Part shown: piece after piece, positions 14,952-23,964 of the stretch
Layout of the letters: each line of letters begins with the position of its first letter
Position numbering within the stretch: position 1 is the stretch's first letter
Source: an uncultured delta proteobacterium
Lineage (GTDB): Bacteria; Myxococcota_A; Polyangia; Polyangiales; Polyangiaceae
DNA: 64,000 nucleotides
NCBI GenBank assembly: GCA_963841435.1
Contig: CAWJCS010000006.1
Location: forward strand, 1,504,001-1,568,000
Direction: 5' to 3'
The notes under the pieces: generated by a model
Database searches by the model: none
Seen by the model: only the letters and a program-made list of their open reading frames with translations
Told to the model about the DNA's origin: nothing
Translations under genes and position numbers: made by a program

Positions 14952-16160
14952 ATGGCGCGGCGAGCCGCGCCCGTGCTCGCCCCGAGCGATCTCGGTGGCC
15001 GCGGTCCTTCGCTCGTGCGCGTCGGCGGCCGCGTCGTGGACGGCGGCGCCGGCTGGCTCGAGCTCGCCGACGCCGTGCGCAGCGTGCGCGTCCTCGGCTC
15101 CGGGCTCGAGGCCACCCCGGGAGACCTGGTCGTCGTCGCGGGTCGGTTTCATCGCGGCGCCGTCGCGGGTGCGCGCGTCGTCGAGCGCCACCCGTGCCCC
15201 GAGCCGCGTGGCGACGGCGAGTTCGCGCGCCTCGCGTTCGAGGGCGTGGGGGCAAGGCTCGCGTCGCGCGGCGCGGTGCTCCGCGCCTTGCGCGCGCACC
15301 TGCAGGCCGAAGGATTCGTCGAGATCGAATCGCCCTTGCGCGTGTCGGCACCCGGCGTCGATGCCCACGTCGACGCGCTGCGCGCCGAGGGCGGCTACCT
15401 CGTCACCTCGCCCGAGCTGTCTCTCAAGCGCCTGCTCGTGGGGGGCTTACCGCGCATCTTCCAGCTCTCGCGCGTGTTTCGCGCCGACGAACTCGGGCCC
15501 CTGCACGAGCCCGAGTTCACGTTGCTCGAGTGGTATCGAGCCTTCGCCGGCGTCGAAGCCGTGCTCCGTGACACGGAAGAGCTCGTGTCACGCGCGGCAC
15601 GAGCCGTGCGCGGCCGCGCCGAGCTCGTCTTGCCGGGCGGGCGCACGCTCGATGCCAAACCGCCCTTCGCGCGCCTCACCGTGCAGGAGGCCTTTCGACG
15701 CTTCGCGAAGATTCGAGACGCCGTCGACCTCGCGGCGAGCGACGAGAACCGCTTCTTCGAGCTGCTCGTCGGTCGCGTCGAGCCGGCGCTCGCGAAGCTC
15801 GACCGCCCTGTGTTCCTCACCGACTACCCGATCACGCAGGCCGCGCTCGCGCGCCCCGCACCCGGCCGCCCCGAGGTGGCCGAGCGTTTCGAGCTCTACG
15901 TGGGAGGCGTCGAGCTTTCGAACGGTTACGGGGAGCTCACCGATCCCGCCGAGCAGGCGCGCCGTTTCGCCGCGGAGCGGGCGCGTCGCCGCCGCGAGGG
16001 GCGACGCGTGTACCCCACGAATCGGCGCTTTCTCGCGGCGCTCGCCGAGGGGATGCCGCCTTCGGGGGGCAACGCGCTCGGCGTGGATCGCCTGGTTCTT
16101 CTGTGCACGGGGGCGGCGAGCATCGCCGACGTGACGGCCTTTCCGTGGTCGCGCGGCTAG
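14952..16160 (+). CDS. epmA: EF-P lysine aminoacylase (EpmA/GenX/PoxA) with N-terminal extension
   Basis: YLVTSPELSLKRLL, FRADE, HEPEFTLLEWYR, ERFELY..GVELSNGYGELTD, GNALGVDRL. Confidence 0.85.
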   Translation: MARRAAPVLAPSDLGGRGPSLVRVGGRVVDGGAGWLELADAVRSVRVLGSGLEATPGDLVVVAGRFHRGAVAGARVVERHPCPEPRGDGEFARLAFEGVGARLASRGAVLRALRAHLQAEGFVEIESPLRVSAPGVDAHVDALRAEGGYLVTSPELSLKRLLVGGLPRIFQLSRVFRADELGPLHEPEFTLLEWYRAFAGVEAVLRDTEELVSRAARAVRGRAELVLPGGRTLDAKPPFARLTVQEAFRRFAKIRDAVDLAASDENRFFELLVGRVEPALAKLDRPVFLTDYPITQAALARPAPGRPEVAERFELYVGGVELSNGYGELTDPAEQARRFAAERARRRREGRRVYPTNRRFLAALAEGMPPSGGNALGVDRLVLLCTGAASIADVTAFPWSRG

Positions 16161-16202
16161 CGTGCTGCGGGCTCTGGGCAGCGCCTCCGCAGGCGTCGAG
16201 TG

Positions 16203-18767
16203 CTACTCGCCGATGACGGGTGCGGACCCCGACACGGCCGTCGTGAAGAAGCGGACCATGTCGTCGTTGGCTTCCGGCACGTCGAACACGACGAAGTGGC
16301 CGTCCCGCCCGGAGGGCGGCTCGTACTGCCGAACGCCGGCGGTGATCGTCGCCATCACCTCGTTGGCGGAGAGCGGAGGGCTGCTCGTGAAGAGCCCAAT
16401 GTCGTCGATCAGAGGCTCGACCTGCGTCAGCTCACCCGCGATCGCGTAGATGTCGAGCGTCGTGGGGGGCGAGTAGCTGTCGCCCATCCCGTACGTCTGG
16501 AACACGTGCTTGGGCGCGTGGCTCCCGATCGGCGAGCGCATGACGCTTCGGGCGAAATTCAGCGGGTCCGCGGGGTCGATCCACTGCTGCAGCAGCGAAA
16601 GCACCGGGTGGAGCTCGCCCAGCGAGCCGGCGGCCGTCGTGTCGGAGAGCGCCAGGGGCAAGAGCGCGCGCACGTCAACCGGCTTGGATTTGGTGAGCAG
16701 CGCGTTCATGAGGCTCGCACCGTTGCCGCTCAAGACGGCTGCCTTGTACCCGTCCGCGAACGGGAGCATCAGGCTGCCCTCCGTCGAGCCCTGCGAGTGC
16801 CCGAAGAAGAAGATCTCGTCGGGGTCGATCGTCGTGGGCATGCCGTTCGAGCCGTCGATGGTCGCGGCGAAGCGGGCGAGCGAGAGCTGATCGGTTGCGC
16901 CCTGGAGGGGGTTGCCGCGCGCTGCCGCGGGATTCAGGAAGTTGAAGAAGAGGTCGTCGGGTGACGCCGTGGAGTCACCGCGGCGCGGGCCGTGCTCCAC
17001 CTGATCGATGCCGAGCACGGCGAACTTGACGCTCCCCGAGCTCAACGAGCCGGCGACACTTGCCGTCACGTGGTCGCGGAAGGAGCCACCCGTGCCGTGC
17101 GCAAAGACCACGAGCGGCCAGCCGTTGCTGGGGGCGGTTCCCGTGGGCACCGTCAACGACAGGCACACGTCCTCGCTGCCCGGATCGTTCGGGTCGCCGA
17201 TGCCTCCGCCGTCGGCGGGCGTCAGATACGGCGCCGTGCCCTCCTGGAAGATCGGAAGCCTGACGAGCGCGTGGTACTCGTCGTAGTCGGCCGTCGAGGC
17301 ACCGCAGGCGCGCTTGCCCGTGTGATCGGGACACGGCGAGGTGATGCCGTCGTCGCAGAGCGTCCAGTCCTTCGCTGTGGGCGCCGGCAGGCTTTCGACG
17401 GCGGCCGCGAGGCTCGCCATCGTGGCCTGGGTGTCCCCGACGGTGAACACCGTGGCATCGAGAATCGACGCCGGGTCGATCGAGTTGTCCGCGAGGTAGT
17501 CGCGCAGCGGCGCGTACTTCGCGTGAACGTCGGCCAGCGTGGTGTCCTTCGGCGTGGCGCTGCCGAGCACGGAGATCAGGTTTGCGGGTCGCGTGACGGT
17601 GCCGCCCCCCATCGCCTTCACGCCCGTCGTGATCCAGACGGCGTAGGTGTGGTTCGCGAGCAGCGGCATCCCCTTGGGTCGCCGCATGGCGATCCAGTTG
17701 TCGCAAACGTACGGCGTGCGCCCACCCGAGTAGTACCAGCCGAGCCCGACGGACGCGCCCAGCTCCGGCGCCCCCGGCGTCACGTCGATCCAGGCGACGA
17801 CGCTTTGCTGCATCAGCGAGTCGATGTCGAGGCTGCCGGAGAAGCGGAACATCACGGTCGAGTAAGTGCCCCAGCCGTCGTCATTGGCCTCGAGCGCGTC
17901 AACGTAAAGCTTGACCGGATCGACCCCGAGCAGCCCCGCTCCGGGCGTTGGAAAACCGTCCAGATCGAGCCCGTTCGGGCTGCGGCGCGCGTCATTCGGG
18001 AACGGCAGCCGGAAGAAGTCGCCCTCGACCGCGCCGTCGGCCCCGGGCACCTCGAAGTAGGCGCGCACGCCGGAGGTCACGGGCGGCTCGCACGTCACTC
18101 CGCGCCAGATCGGTGCACCAATCGGCTGCGGCGCGCAGGCGCCGTCAACGCAGGCGAGGCCGCCGTAGCAATCCGGCGAAACCGCGCAGTCGCCGCCGAT
18201 GTTGACGGTGCCCTGAGGTAAACAGTGAGCCGAGAGACCGGCGAACGTGCACTTGAGGCCCGCCATGCAGTCGGAGTCGAAGGCGCAGGAATCCCCTTCG
18301 GCACCGTCGCCCTCGGGATTGCAGGTGCCCCCGCTGCACTGGAGGCCCGAGGAGCACTCGGGCTGAATGACGCAAGGCTCGCCCGTCTTGCCGCTGCCGT
18401 TTGCGACGCAAAGCCCGTCGAGGCAGTCGAGGCCGGTGCGGCAGCGCTCGCCGCCCGAGCAATCTTCGCCGACGCCGGCGCCCGTCGGCACGCCGGCGCT
18501 GCCGCCGCTGCCGCCGCCACCCGAGCCCGACGACCCGCCGCTCGCCGCTCTGCCACCCGAGCCCGGCGACCCGGCCTCGGCGCCGACGCCCGCTTCCCCG
18601 AGGGTTCCCGAGGAGCCGCCCGAGGCCTGAGTGCCGCCCGTCCCCCCACCCGTGCCCCCCGTCCGGTTGACATCGGCACTGTGCGAGGAGCCGCTACTGC
18701 AGCTCGCGGCGAGCGCCATCGTGATCCCTAGCGCAGCGGTCCCCAAAGCAAGCCCACTATTTCGCAT
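16203..18767 (-). CDS. Large Cys-rich lipoprotein with alpha/beta-hydrolase (lipase-like) domain
   Basis: LAASC lipobox, Gly/Ser linker, short Cys repeats (GxxC..DC..GL.C), PFPND, AHGTGG, GHSQG nucleophile, DGHF. Confidence 0.7.
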   Translation of the reverse strand: MRNSGLALGTAALGITMALAASCSSGSSHSADVNRTGGTGGGTGGTQASGGSSGTLGEAGVGAEAGSPGSGGRAASGGSSGSGGGGSGGSAGVPTGAGVGEDCSGGERCRTGLDCLDGLCVANGSGKTGEPCVIQPECSSGLQCSGGTCNPEGDGAEGDSCAFDSDCMAGLKCTFAGLSAHCLPQGTVNIGGDCAVSPDCYGGLACVDGACAPQPIGAPIWRGVTCEPPVTSGVRAYFEVPGADGAVEGDFFRLPFPNDARRSPNGLDLDGFPTPGAGLLGVDPVKLYVDALEANDDGWGTYSTVMFRFSGSLDIDSLMQQSVVAWIDVTPGAPELGASVGLGWYYSGGRTPYVCDNWIAMRRPKGMPLLANHTYAVWITTGVKAMGGGTVTRPANLISVLGSATPKDTTLADVHAKYAPLRDYLADNSIDPASILDATVFTVGDTQATMASLAAAVESLPAPTAKDWTLCDDGITSPCPDHTGKRACGASTADYDEYHALVRLPIFQEGTAPYLTPADGGGIGDPNDPGSEDVCLSLTVPTGTAPSNGWPLVVFAHGTGGSFRDHVTASVAGSLSSGSVKFAVLGIDQVEHGPRRGDSTASPDDLFFNFLNPAAARGNPLQGATDQLSLARFAATIDGSNGMPTTIDPDEIFFFGHSQGSTEGSLMLPFADGYKAAVLSGNGASLMNALLTKSKPVDVRALLPLALSDTTAAGSLGELHPVLSLLQQWIDPADPLNFARSVMRSPIGSHAPKHVFQTYGMGDSYSPPTTLDIYAIAGELTQVEPLIDDIGLFTSSPPLSANEVMATITAGVRQYEPPSGRDGHFVVFDVPEANDDMVRFFTTAVSGSAPVIGE

Positions 18768-18905
18768 CTCTCGACGATACCCGTCCTCGCCTCCGGCATC
18801 AACCACGGGCGAAACTGAGCATGGCGCCGGCCTCGCAGTCCGCCCGTGGCGCGTCGCCTCTCGCGCCGCGCGAGCTCCGGCCTTCCAAGACTGCCTAGCT
18901 CGAGG

Positions 18906-19970
18906 CTAGGAGGCCTCTTGCTCGACGCGATAGTCGACCGGCAGATCCAGGAAGCCTTCGAGGCAGAGAAAGTCGTAGAGCTCCTGGCACACGACGGCGG
19001 CGCTCTCGCTGTACACGTGCGGATCGCCGAAGAAGCGAACGGTCTCGTCGCGGTACTCCTCGCTCGAGGCGCCGAGACGGGTCACGAGCTCGTCGCTGCA
19101 GTAGTTCACCATCTGCTCGATGAAGACGCGCTCCCACTCGAGGCGAAACTCGCCGAACGCGTCGGAGAGGACTTTGTAGCCGACGCTGTTCGGGCGCTTC
19201 GCCGTGCGCGCCGAGCGGATCGTGTTGCGCGCCATCGGCTCCAGCCTGGGTGGCAGGTAGTCGCGCAGGAAGTCCGAGACCACCGTGGCGAAGACGCCCA
19301 TCACGCGATTGAGCTCCGGCGAACGGCGCGACAAAAACCCCACCTGCAGATCCCGCTCGACCTTGGCGAGCAAGTCGATGCTCGACTGTTTCACCTCGGC
19401 GGTCGCGAAGTCGAAGCCCTCGAGCTCGGCGCGCAGGCGGCGCTTGTAGCGGCCGAGCAGGTAGTAGAGCCCTTGCTCCGCGTGGAAGATGCGCTTGTCC
19501 TTGTCGCCCTTCGTCTTCTCGTGGAGCTCGCTTTCGAAGAAGAGCTTCGCGACGCGGCGGCCGAGGGGCTTCAAGATGCGTGTCGTGAATTGGGAGTCGG
19601 AGGAGAAGACCTTCCTGAGCAGCGCCGTCATCGTGACGAGCTGTGCGGCCTCCATCTCGTCGGCGGTTTCCTTGGTGCCGCCCTGCGCGGCCGCGGCCGC
19701 CTGCATGGCCTTGAGCTGGGCGACGACCTCCGCCGTGATCGCATCGAGCTCCGCGTTGGTTGCGAGCTCGCTCTTGTAGTGGACGACACGAGCCTGGACC
19801 TGCTCCTGCAGGAGGCCGAACGCCTGCAGCGTCAGGGCTTCCTTCTGCCCCGCGCTCATCGGCGGCGGCAGGGCGCGCCCGCCCGGCGGCGCGGCCTTTC
19901 GCGCATCGGCCGGCGGGGGCGGCGGGCGGCGGGGCGGCGGGGGCGGCGCTTTGGGGGGCTCGTCCGTCAC
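18906..19970 (-). CDS. Hypothetical helical protein with Pro-rich N-terminus
   Basis: 354-aa ORF with protein-like composition; no recognised motif. Confidence 0.6.
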   Translation of the reverse strand: MTDEPPKAPPPPPRRPPPPPADARKAAPPGGRALPPPMSAGQKEALTLQAFGLLQEQVQARVVHYKSELATNAELDAITAEVVAQLKAMQAAAAAQGGTKETADEMEAAQLVTMTALLRKVFSSDSQFTTRILKPLGRRVAKLFFESELHEKTKGDKDKRIFHAEQGLYYLLGRYKRRLRAELEGFDFATAEVKQSSIDLLAKVERDLQVGFLSRRSPELNRVMGVFATVVSDFLRDYLPPRLEPMARNTIRSARTAKRPNSVGYKVLSDAFGEFRLEWERVFIEQMVNYCSDELVTRLGASSEEYRDETVRFFGDPHVYSESAAVVCQELYDFLCLEGFLDLPVDYRVEQEAS

Positions 19971-20032
19971 GAAGCGGCAATGTTAGACGAGATCGACCTC
20001 GGGCGGCGAGAATCGACGGGAAAGACCATGCG

Positions 20033-20060
20033 TTGACAAGCGCCCGGCATGGCGTAAAAA
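20033..20060 (+). promoter_or_regulatory. Putative sigma70 promoter for the bolA-grxD-surE-apt operon
   Basis: TTGACA-N16-TAAAAA, 20 nt upstream of the bolA ATG. Confidence 0.4.
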
Positions 20061-20080
20061 ACCCCTGGCGACGCGCCCCA

Positions 20081-20341
20081 ATGCTCGAGCCCGATAAGGT
20101 CAAGGCCCTGCTCACCGCCGGTTTCCCCGGCGCCGACATCGAGCTCGTCGACCTGACGGGCACGAAGGACCACTACCAGGCGCGCATCGTCTCCGAGGCT
20201 TTCGTCGGAAAATCGCTGATCGAGCAGCATCAGCTCGTCTACCGCGCCCTCGGCGAAGCCATGGGCGGGCCCATCCATGCGCTCGCCCTCAAGACCTTTA
20301 CCCCCGAAGGCTGGCGCGCCCAGCAGACCGGAGCCAAGTGA
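20081..20341 (+). CDS. bolA: BolA/IbaG family protein
   Basis: DHY..IVSEAF.GKSLIEQHQLVY.AL...IHALAL.T. Confidence 0.9.
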   Translation: MLEPDKVKALLTAGFPGADIELVDLTGTKDHYQARIVSEAFVGKSLIEQHQLVYRALGEAMGGPIHALALKTFTPEGWRAQQTGAK

Positions 20342-20652
20342 TGGACGACACGCTACGCCAACGCATCGAGAGCACGATTGGTCTCGCACCGGTCGTGCTG
20401 TTCATGAAGGGCACCAAAAACTTCCCGCAGTGCGGCTTTTCCGCCAAGGTCGTCGAGATCCTCAAGCACGAGGCCGTCGATTTTCGCGACGTGAACATCC
20501 TCACCGATGGAGAGCTCCGTCAGGGTCTCAAAGAGTATTCGAGCTGGCCGACGTTTCCGCAGCTCTACGTCAACGGTAAGCTCGTCGGAGGCTGCGACAT
20601 CGTGACGAGCCTGCACGAAAACGGGGAGCTCGGCGGGATGCTCGGCAAGTGA
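20341..20652 (+). CDS. grxD: Monothiol glutaredoxin (Grx4)
   Basis: FMKG, CGFS, WPTFPQLY, GGCD. Confidence 0.95.
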   Translation: MDDTLRQRIESTIGLAPVVLFMKGTKNFPQCGFSAKVVEILKHEAVDFRDVNILTDGELRQGLKEYSSWPTFPQLYVNGKLVGGCDIVTSLHENGELGGMLGK

Positions 20653-21434
20653 CGGATGCGGCGGCCCGCCCGTCGGGTGGCCGCCCGCTCGTCCTGGTCT
20701 CCAACGACGACGGTTATCGCGCCCGCGGGCTCGGTCTCCTCGTGCAGGCATTGTCCCGGCGAGCCGACGTCGTGGTGTGCGCGCCCGAGGTCGAGCAGAG
20801 CGCCGCGAGCCACGCACTCAGCCTGCATCGCCCGCTGCGCCTGTTCCGCCACGACGAGCGCACGTTTTCGGTGGACGGCACGCCGGCCGACTGCGTGTAC
20901 GTCGCCCTCTACTCGGAGGGCCGAGTGCTGCCGCGGCGCCCTGACGTCGTCGTCTCCGGCGTCAACCACGGCGTGAACCTGGGGGACGACGTTTTCTACA
21001 GCGGGACGGTTGCAGCCGCGCGGGAGGCGGCGCTCAAGGGCGTCCCGGCCCTTGCCGTCTCCTGCGCTACCGACGGCAACTACGAGGCTGCCGCCGAGCT
21101 CGCCGCCGAGCTGGCCCTCGTCGTCCACGCGACCGAGCGCCCTCCCCTGCTCCTCAACGTCAACGTGCCGCGCGGCCAGGACTGGCCCGTGCGGGCCACG
21201 CGCCTCGGCCGGCGGATCTATCGCGACGAGGTCGAGTTCCGCCGTGACCCCCGCGGACGAGAGTATCTCTGGATCGGCGGGCCGGGGGCCGACCATGGGG
21301 CCGTTGCCGGCTCCGATACGGATGCGTTCGACGAGGGAGCCGTCGGCATCACGCCCCTCGTGCTCGACTTGTCGGACAGCCACGCGGCCGAGCGAGCCGA
21401 AGCGCTTGCCATTCGACTCGAGCGCGGGCATTAG
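20649..21434 (+). CDS. surE: 5'/3'-nucleotidase SurE
   Basis: SNDDG, EQS, GTPADCV, SGVNHGVNLG, YSGTVAAA. Confidence 0.95.
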   Translation: MTDAAARPSGGRPLVLVSNDDGYRARGLGLLVQALSRRADVVVCAPEVEQSAASHALSLHRPLRLFRHDERTFSVDGTPADCVYVALYSEGRVLPRRPDVVVSGVNHGVNLGDDVFYSGTVAAAREAALKGVPALAVSCATDGNYEAAAELAAELALVVHATERPPLLLNVNVPRGQDWPVRATRLGRRIYRDEVEFRRDPRGREYLWIGGPGADHGAVAGSDTDAFDEGAVGITPLVLDLSDSHAAERAEALAIRLERGH

Positions 21435-21444
21435 ACCGGGCTAG

Positions 21445-22113
21445 ATGGCGGTAAGGAAAGGCTCGTTCGCCAAGCCCGGCAAGCCCGTGCCGGCCCGGCC
21501 CCTGCCGACGCCTCGCGGCGTCGAGCCCAAGAAGGCACCGGTGAGCGGCAGCACGCGGCACGCAGGGCCCACCACGCTGCCCGAGCTCGAGCCGCTGCGC
21601 TACGTGCGCGCGCTGATTCGCGATGTGCCCGATTTCCCTTCGCCGGGAGTCCTCTTCCGCGACATCACGCCCCTGCTCGCCGATCCGAAGGCCTTCCACA
21701 TCGTGCTCGACGCGATCGCGCACCGCTTCGTGGGCGAGCGCGTCGACGCCGTCGTCGGGGTCGAGTCGCGCGGCTTCATCTTCGGCGGCGCGCTCGCCGC
21801 GCGCCTCAACGCGAGCTTCGTCCCGGTCCGAAAGCCCGGCAAGCTACCGCACCGCACCGACAAGGTCTCGTACTCGCTCGAATACGGTGAGGCGGAGCTC
21901 GAGATGCACCGCGACTCGCTGCGCGAAGGCGCTTCGGTCCTCGTCGTCGACGACCTGCTCGCCACCGGCGGCACGGCGGCCGCAGCCGGTGAGCTCGTGC
22001 ACCGGCAGGGTGCGTTCGTGCTCGCCTATGCGTTCGTCGTCGAGCTCGTCTCGCTGAGCGGTCGCGAGCGCCTCTTGCCGACGCCGGCCGTCAGCATCGT
22101 CCGCTACGAATAG
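21445..22113 (+). CDS. apt: Adenine phosphoribosyltransferase
   Basis: PDFP..GVLFRDITPLL, ESRGF, RKPGKLP, YSLEYG, VDDLLATGGT. Confidence 0.93.
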   Translation: MAVRKGSFAKPGKPVPARPLPTPRGVEPKKAPVSGSTRHAGPTTLPELEPLRYVRALIRDVPDFPSPGVLFRDITPLLADPKAFHIVLDAIAHRFVGERVDAVVGVESRGFIFGGALAARLNASFVPVRKPGKLPHRTDKVSYSLEYGEAELEMHRDSLREGASVLVVDDLLATGGTAAAAGELVHRQGAFVLAYAFVVELVSLSGRERLLPTPAVSIVRYE

Positions 22114-22167
22114 GCGCGGGGCGCGGGGCACCCTTCTCCGGAAGCCCCGCCCCGAGCCGGGTCCCCG

Positions 22168-23757
22168 TCAGTTGACGCCGATCAGGAGCTGGTGAGTGCG
22201 CGCCTCGTCGGCGAGGCTCCAGCGCCCGTACTCGCTCGCGCTCGGGCTCGCCGTCAGCGTGTCCATGTGGATGCCGATGGCGATCTGCCCGCCGGAAGCC
22301 GCGGCAACCGCCGCAACGGCCTGGCTGTTCAGCGCGATGGTGAGGATGGTGCCGACGGTCGTCGTGCCCGCCATGAACGTGCCGTATTGCGTGCCCGTCA
22401 TGAGGTCGTTGTAGATAGAGGTAGCGCTCGTCCCGGTCGCCATGAGCGTGGCGATCGGCGTCGTGACGTCCCACACCGAGAACGTTTCCGTGGTCTGTGG
22501 GCTCGTAAAGGCTTCGTGCTCGAGCTTGAGCGTCACGCTCGTGACGGTGCCCGAGAACGTAGGGAGAGTGAAAACGAAGTACGAGTTGTCGGGAGAGCCC
22601 GCGCAACCGCTGCAGAAGCCCGTGAGCGTGTTCTTGTTGTCGCTCATGTGGTTGCCGGTGGAGCCCCACCAGCCGCGGTCGGCCGCGTTGACCGTCAGGG
22701 TGCTGCTTGTCACCATGGTGGTGCAGGTGGGGCCGCTCCAGCCCGACGCGCAGGTGCACGTGAACGAGTTGACGCCATCGGTGCACGCGCCGCCGTTCAT
22801 GCAGGGATTCGGCGAGCAATCGTTGATGTTCGTGCACGCGGTGCTGCCCGTGCCGCTGTAACCCGTCGGGCAGGCGCCGCAGGCTCGACCACCCGTCGAG
22901 TTCGTGCAGGTCGTCAACGGGTCGCACCCACCGTTGTTGGTGAGGCACTCGTTGATGTCCGTGCAGCCGGTCGCGCCGGTGCCGCTGTAGCCCGTCGGGC
23001 AAGCGCCGCAGGTGCGGCTGCCGGGTGTGTTGGTGCAGGACGTGAGCGGGTCGCAGCCGCCGTTGTCGGTCGCGCACTCGTTCACGTCGGTGCACCCTGC
23101 CTTGCCGGTGCCCGTGTAGCCGGAAGGACAGCTGCCGCAGGAATAGCTGCCCGCGGTATTCGAGCAGGTCGTGAGCGGATCGCAGCCACCGTTGTTGGTG
23201 GCACACTCGTTCACGTCGGAGCCACAGGTGCTGCCGGTGTATCCGGTGCCCGTGCAATCGCAGGTCGGGCTTCCGAGCAGCACCACGCAAGAGCCGCGAT
23301 GCTCGCACGCGGGCTCGCAATCCATCGAGACGACGGCGTCGCAGTTTTGCCCCGAGTAGCCCGAATCGCATTCACAGAGGTAGTCGCTGCCGTCGACGCT
23401 GCAGGTCCCGTTCACGCAGGGATCGGGGTCGCAGGGGTCGGCGGGGCCGTCGCCGCCGTCGCCGCCCTGCCCGTCGCCAGCGTCGCCGATCGTGCCGCCC
23501 GAGCCGCCGGAGCTTCCGCCCCTGCCCGTGCCCGCGTTGCCCCCAGTCGAGCCGCCCGAGCCGCCTTTCCCAGCAGAGCTGCCGCCTCTGCCGCCCGTGC
23601 TCGAGCCCGCGGTACCTCCGGACGAGCCTCCGGTGCCGGGCTCGCCGCCCTGCGGCGGATTGGCGTCGTCCGGGGCGATCTTCGAGCTGCCGGAGCAAGC
23701 TGCTGAAAGTGCGATGGCTACGCCTGTAACCCCCCAGGCTTTAAGAAACTTGTTCAT
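22168..23757 (-). CDS. Lipoprotein with calcium-binding EGF-like repeats and C-terminal beta-rich domain
   Basis: LSAAC lipobox, G/S/T linker, about 6 EGF modules including D(V/I)NEC repeats and NINDCSPNPCMNGGACTDGVNSFTCTC. Confidence 0.8.
   Translation of the reverse strand: MNKFLKAWGVTGVAIALSAACSGSSKIAPDDANPPQGGEPGTGGSSGGTAGSSTGGRGGSSAGKGGSGGSTGGNAGTGRGGSSGGSGGTIGDAGDGQGGDGGDGPADPCDPDPCVNGTCSVDGSDYLCECDSGYSGQNCDAVVSMDCEPACEHRGSCVVLLGSPTCDCTGTGYTGSTCGSDVNECATNNGGCDPLTTCSNTAGSYSCGSCPSGYTGTGKAGCTDVNECATDNGGCDPLTSCTNTPGSRTCGACPTGYSGTGATGCTDINECLTNNGGCDPLTTCTNSTGGRACGACPTGYSGTGSTACTNINDCSPNPCMNGGACTDGVNSFTCTCASGWSGPTCTTMVTSSTLTVNAADRGWWGSTGNHMSDNKNTLTGFCSGCAGSPDNSYFVFTLPTFSGTVTSVTLKLEHEAFTSPQTTETFSVWDVTTPIATLMATGTSATSIYNDLMTGTQYGTFMAGTTTVGTILTIALNSQAVAAVAAASGGQIAIGIHMDTLTASPSASEYGRWSLADEARTHQLLIGVN
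22831..23217 (-). repeat. Three tandem 129-bp (43-aa) EGF repeats
   Basis: D(V/I)NECxTxNGGCDPLTxCxNxxGxxxCGxCPxGYxGTG x3. Confidence 0.85.
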
Positions 23758-23964
23758 GCGTATCGAGCCTCCCGAAGGTAAATTCCGCCCATCTTATCAG
23801 CGCCCGCTCGGACGGCGAAACCATTTCTTTCTGCGACCAGGGTCGAGAACACGTGCCCGTTCCAGCCGCGGTGCTCGGGTCGCGTGCGCTACCGGTCCCC
23901 ACAGCGGGTCACCTTCCGCTCGCATCTTTGTGACATCGCGCGCACGAGCCCGCGCGGAGCTTCC

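Noticed and set aside
20081-20652. bolA-grxD adjacency
   Set aside because: Well-known conserved linkage.
22114-22160. GC-rich inverted repeat between convergent apt and EGF genes
   Set aside because: Imperfect stem without a U-tract; plausible terminator but too weak to call.
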